From: Phaeosaccion multiseriatum
Taxonomy: Eukaryota; Protista; Ochrophyta, other classes
Reading direction: 5' to 3'
Length of the DNA stretch: 64,000 nt
Assembly (NCBI GenBank): GCA_965112735.1
Contig: OZ218962.1
Span: forward strand, 1,364,001 to 1,428,000
Both the position numbers and the translations under genes were made by a program. Below, piece after piece: positions 61,489 through 64,000 of this stretch. The notes below the pieces were generated by a model. It ran no database searches, was not told the origin of the DNA, and worked only from the letters and a program-made list of their open reading frames with translations. How positions within the stretch are numbered: the first letter of the stretch is position 1; each line of letters opens with the position of its first letter.

Positions 61489-63971
61489 ATGGGTGTGCTA
61501 TCAAAGAGCGTTGTTGGCCTGATGGCCGTGGCAGGCAGCACATCTGCCTTCATGCCCTCGCCTGCGCTGCGACTGGCGTCAGCGCCGACCAAATCTATGA
61601 TGGGCGCGAGCAGGACCAGTCCTCCAACCTCAGGAGCCGTAGCCACGTCGCGACCAGGTGAGAGAAATAATAGAAGTAAGAGTTTTATGTGGCCCAAGGG
61701 TGGGAGCGTGTGGAGGAGAGGCTGTGGAGGCTCCACCCCCTGCTTTTCTGCAAGCCAGAGCAATGCGCATGCTCCAAGTAAAAAAATGAGGGGGGGGTTA
61801 CCCTCCGTCGCGACCCACGCGTGGGGAAGCATAATTTCTCCAGTCATTTGCTGTACGCCATTGTCTATTCGATGCACAAACGCCCCCAAGTCCCCTTCGG
61901 TCTTTCATTATTTCTTTTTCTTTGTTGATGATTTTGGGTTGAACCACGTCCCCTCTCTCTCTCTCATCTCTCGACGTATGACGGGTGAGGGAGTTTGAAG
62001 GGAGAAAAGAGGCGAATGCCATTTTTCGTTAGCGTCCCAACTTGCAAGAAGAAGAGGCGTCACCAACGGAGACACACGCCTTATGCCTTGCATCGGGTTG
62101 TAGTCCCTCCAGACTACTGACTTCCTGCCTGCCTACTGCTCCCCCCCGTCCTCCACCTCCTCGTGCGGCTGTTGCCCCCCCTCCTCAGGCTCCCCCACGC
62201 GGCTCTCTATGAACGCCGCGCCCACAGAAGACCCCAACGATCTGTACTTGCCCGGAGGGGAGGGACCCGACAAGTACGCCTTCGTGCTTAACCCTGGGCG
62301 ATGGAGGAAGAAGACCAAGCAGTTAGTTACCCTCGGCCCCGCCTCTTGCACGAGGGAGCAAATCGAGACGCTCTTCCTGGCTGGAGCAGACATCTTCAGG
62401 CTGAACTTTAGTCACGGCGCGCACGATGAGAAGGCGGAGCTCGTGAACACGATTCGCGAGATTGAAGCGAAGTACTCGCACCCCATCTGTATCCTCGGCG
62501 ATCTGCAAGGGCCCAAGCTCCGGGTGGGCGTCTTTGGGCATGACAAGGTGCGGTAGAGAAAGGGAGGGAGACAGACAGAGTCAGAGACAGAGAGAGAGAG
62601 GGGGGGAGGGAGAGGGAGAGGGACACACACACAGACAGAAAGAGGGTGCAACGCGTGCGCAGTGTTCGTAAGAGAAGTCCTGTCTGTCCCCTGTCCATCC
62701 GTGCCTGCCCTGTGTTGCCCAAGTATCCCGCTCTCAACCCGCAGGGAATGAATGCTCTGCAATGCTCTTCCTGCTGCTCTCTGGCCCTCAGGTCACAGTG
62801 GTGGAGGGGCAAATGTTCCGCTTCGACATGGACGGAGAACCGGGAGATAGGTGTGTACGTGCGTCAAGGGTCATCCATCAAGTCACATACCTACCATGCC
62901 CAGACATCCCCTTCTGTCACCCTCCTCCTCCAACTCATATCCGCCGCGTGACCATTGCGTGTCTGCCTACCTGCCTCTCTGCCTTCCCGCCTTCCCGCCT
63001 TCCCGCCTTCCCGCCTTCCCGCCTGCCTACCTGCCTCTCTGCCTTCCTGCTCATGCACCTCCCGTCAGTGCTCGCGTGCAGCTGCCCCACAAGGAGATCA
63101 TTGACACTCTGGATGTGGGGGACGTGCTGCTGCTGGACGACGGCAAGCTCAAGATGACAGTGGAGGAGTCTGGAGAGGGATACGTGGAGTGCCGCGTCAA
63201 CGTGGGAGGCACGCTCTCCGATAAGAAGGGTGAGAGGGGGCGATTATTGATGCAAAGCTGTGCAATCAATCGCCAGCCCAAGTGGGTGTCGATTGCTGAC
63301 TGCCACACACACACACGTCGACTTGTCTCTGCGGAATTGCTCGTAGATGACCTTCTTTCGCGTTCAGACACACAACATATACATACCTACAAGCACGCAT
63401 AGCGCTCATCGCCTCGAGGCAAGCGGCTCTGGTGAAGTTCCGCGAGGCACCTTCTCTCGCCTCACCGCGCGCCGTCACTCAGCGCGGACGAGGCCCCGCA
63501 ACAGGTCCTGTGCCGAACCGCTAACTTTCTCCTCTTCTGTCTGTCTGTCTGTCGGTCTGTCGGCCCGTCTGTCCGTCTGTCTGTGTATACCTCAGGGGTG
63601 AACACGCCCACGGTGACGCTTCCCATCTCGCCCATGACCCCCAAGGACCGCGCTGACCTCGAGTTCATCCTCACGCAGAGCATCGACGTGGTGGCTCTGT
63701 CCTTCGTGCAGAAGCCGGAGGACATCATTGAGCTCAGGAGGGTAAGGATGGCAGTGGATGGCAGTGGATGGCAGTGGAAGGCAGGCAGGTAGGCAGTTGA
63801 CCCTCTCCCTGTGTTGGTTAGCGATTGGAGGAGGGCACGGCGGGTCCCTATCGACTCAAGTGCTTGCTGAGAGATGCTGACCCTGACCCTCTCGTCGCGC
63901 CCCTATCTTTCTTGTGTGTGCAGCTTGCCGGCCCCGATATGAAGCTCATGGCCAAGATCGAGAAGCCTCAG
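61489..63971 (+). CDS. Plastid pyruvate kinase, 3' end outside window; exons 61489-61657, 62189-62547, 62792-62850, 63070-63228, 63596-63741, 63924-63971
   Basis: STSAFMP presequence. Motifs KTKQLVTLGPAS, FRLNFSHG, DLQGPKLRVG, LLDDGKL, KGVNTP, SFVQK and AKIEKP. Confidence 0.95.
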
Positions 63972-64000
63972 GTGAGTCAGGGAGGGAGGGAGAGAGTGAG

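Overview
Intron-rich, GC-rich, microsatellite-laden nuclear DNA, most likely from a flagellated photosynthetic stramenopile (ochrophyte). This rests on three bipartite plastid presequences of the ASAFAP type, a fucoxanthin-chlorophyll antenna protein and centriole/cilium genes. I reconstructed 13 protein-coding genes by eye from GT/GC-AG junctions: TMEM131-like (5' partial), PH-domain MAP kinase, CDPK, rotatin, an LHC protein, a BART/CFAP36-like protein, a DUF1118 plastid protein, TBP, an MSS51-C-like protein, TAP42/IGBP1, a MABP-DENN-HET-like-MORN fusion, Spt20 and plastid pyruvate kinase (3' partial). No rRNA, tRNA, CRISPR array or transposase was recognised. The most notable observations are: (1) a DENND4-like Rab-GEF fused to a HET/TIR-like domain and MORN repeats; (2) a 14-bp motif (GTATCACCAACTGC) scattered through five unrelated genes on both strands, in different reading frames and in introns, mostly inside CAG/CTG tracts; (3) introns with purine-rich 5' halves and complementary pyrimidine-rich 3' halves; (4) an intronless TBP with a ~290-aa C-terminal extension; (5) a PH-MAPK fusion. 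All family calls come from motif recognition by eye, not from database searches.
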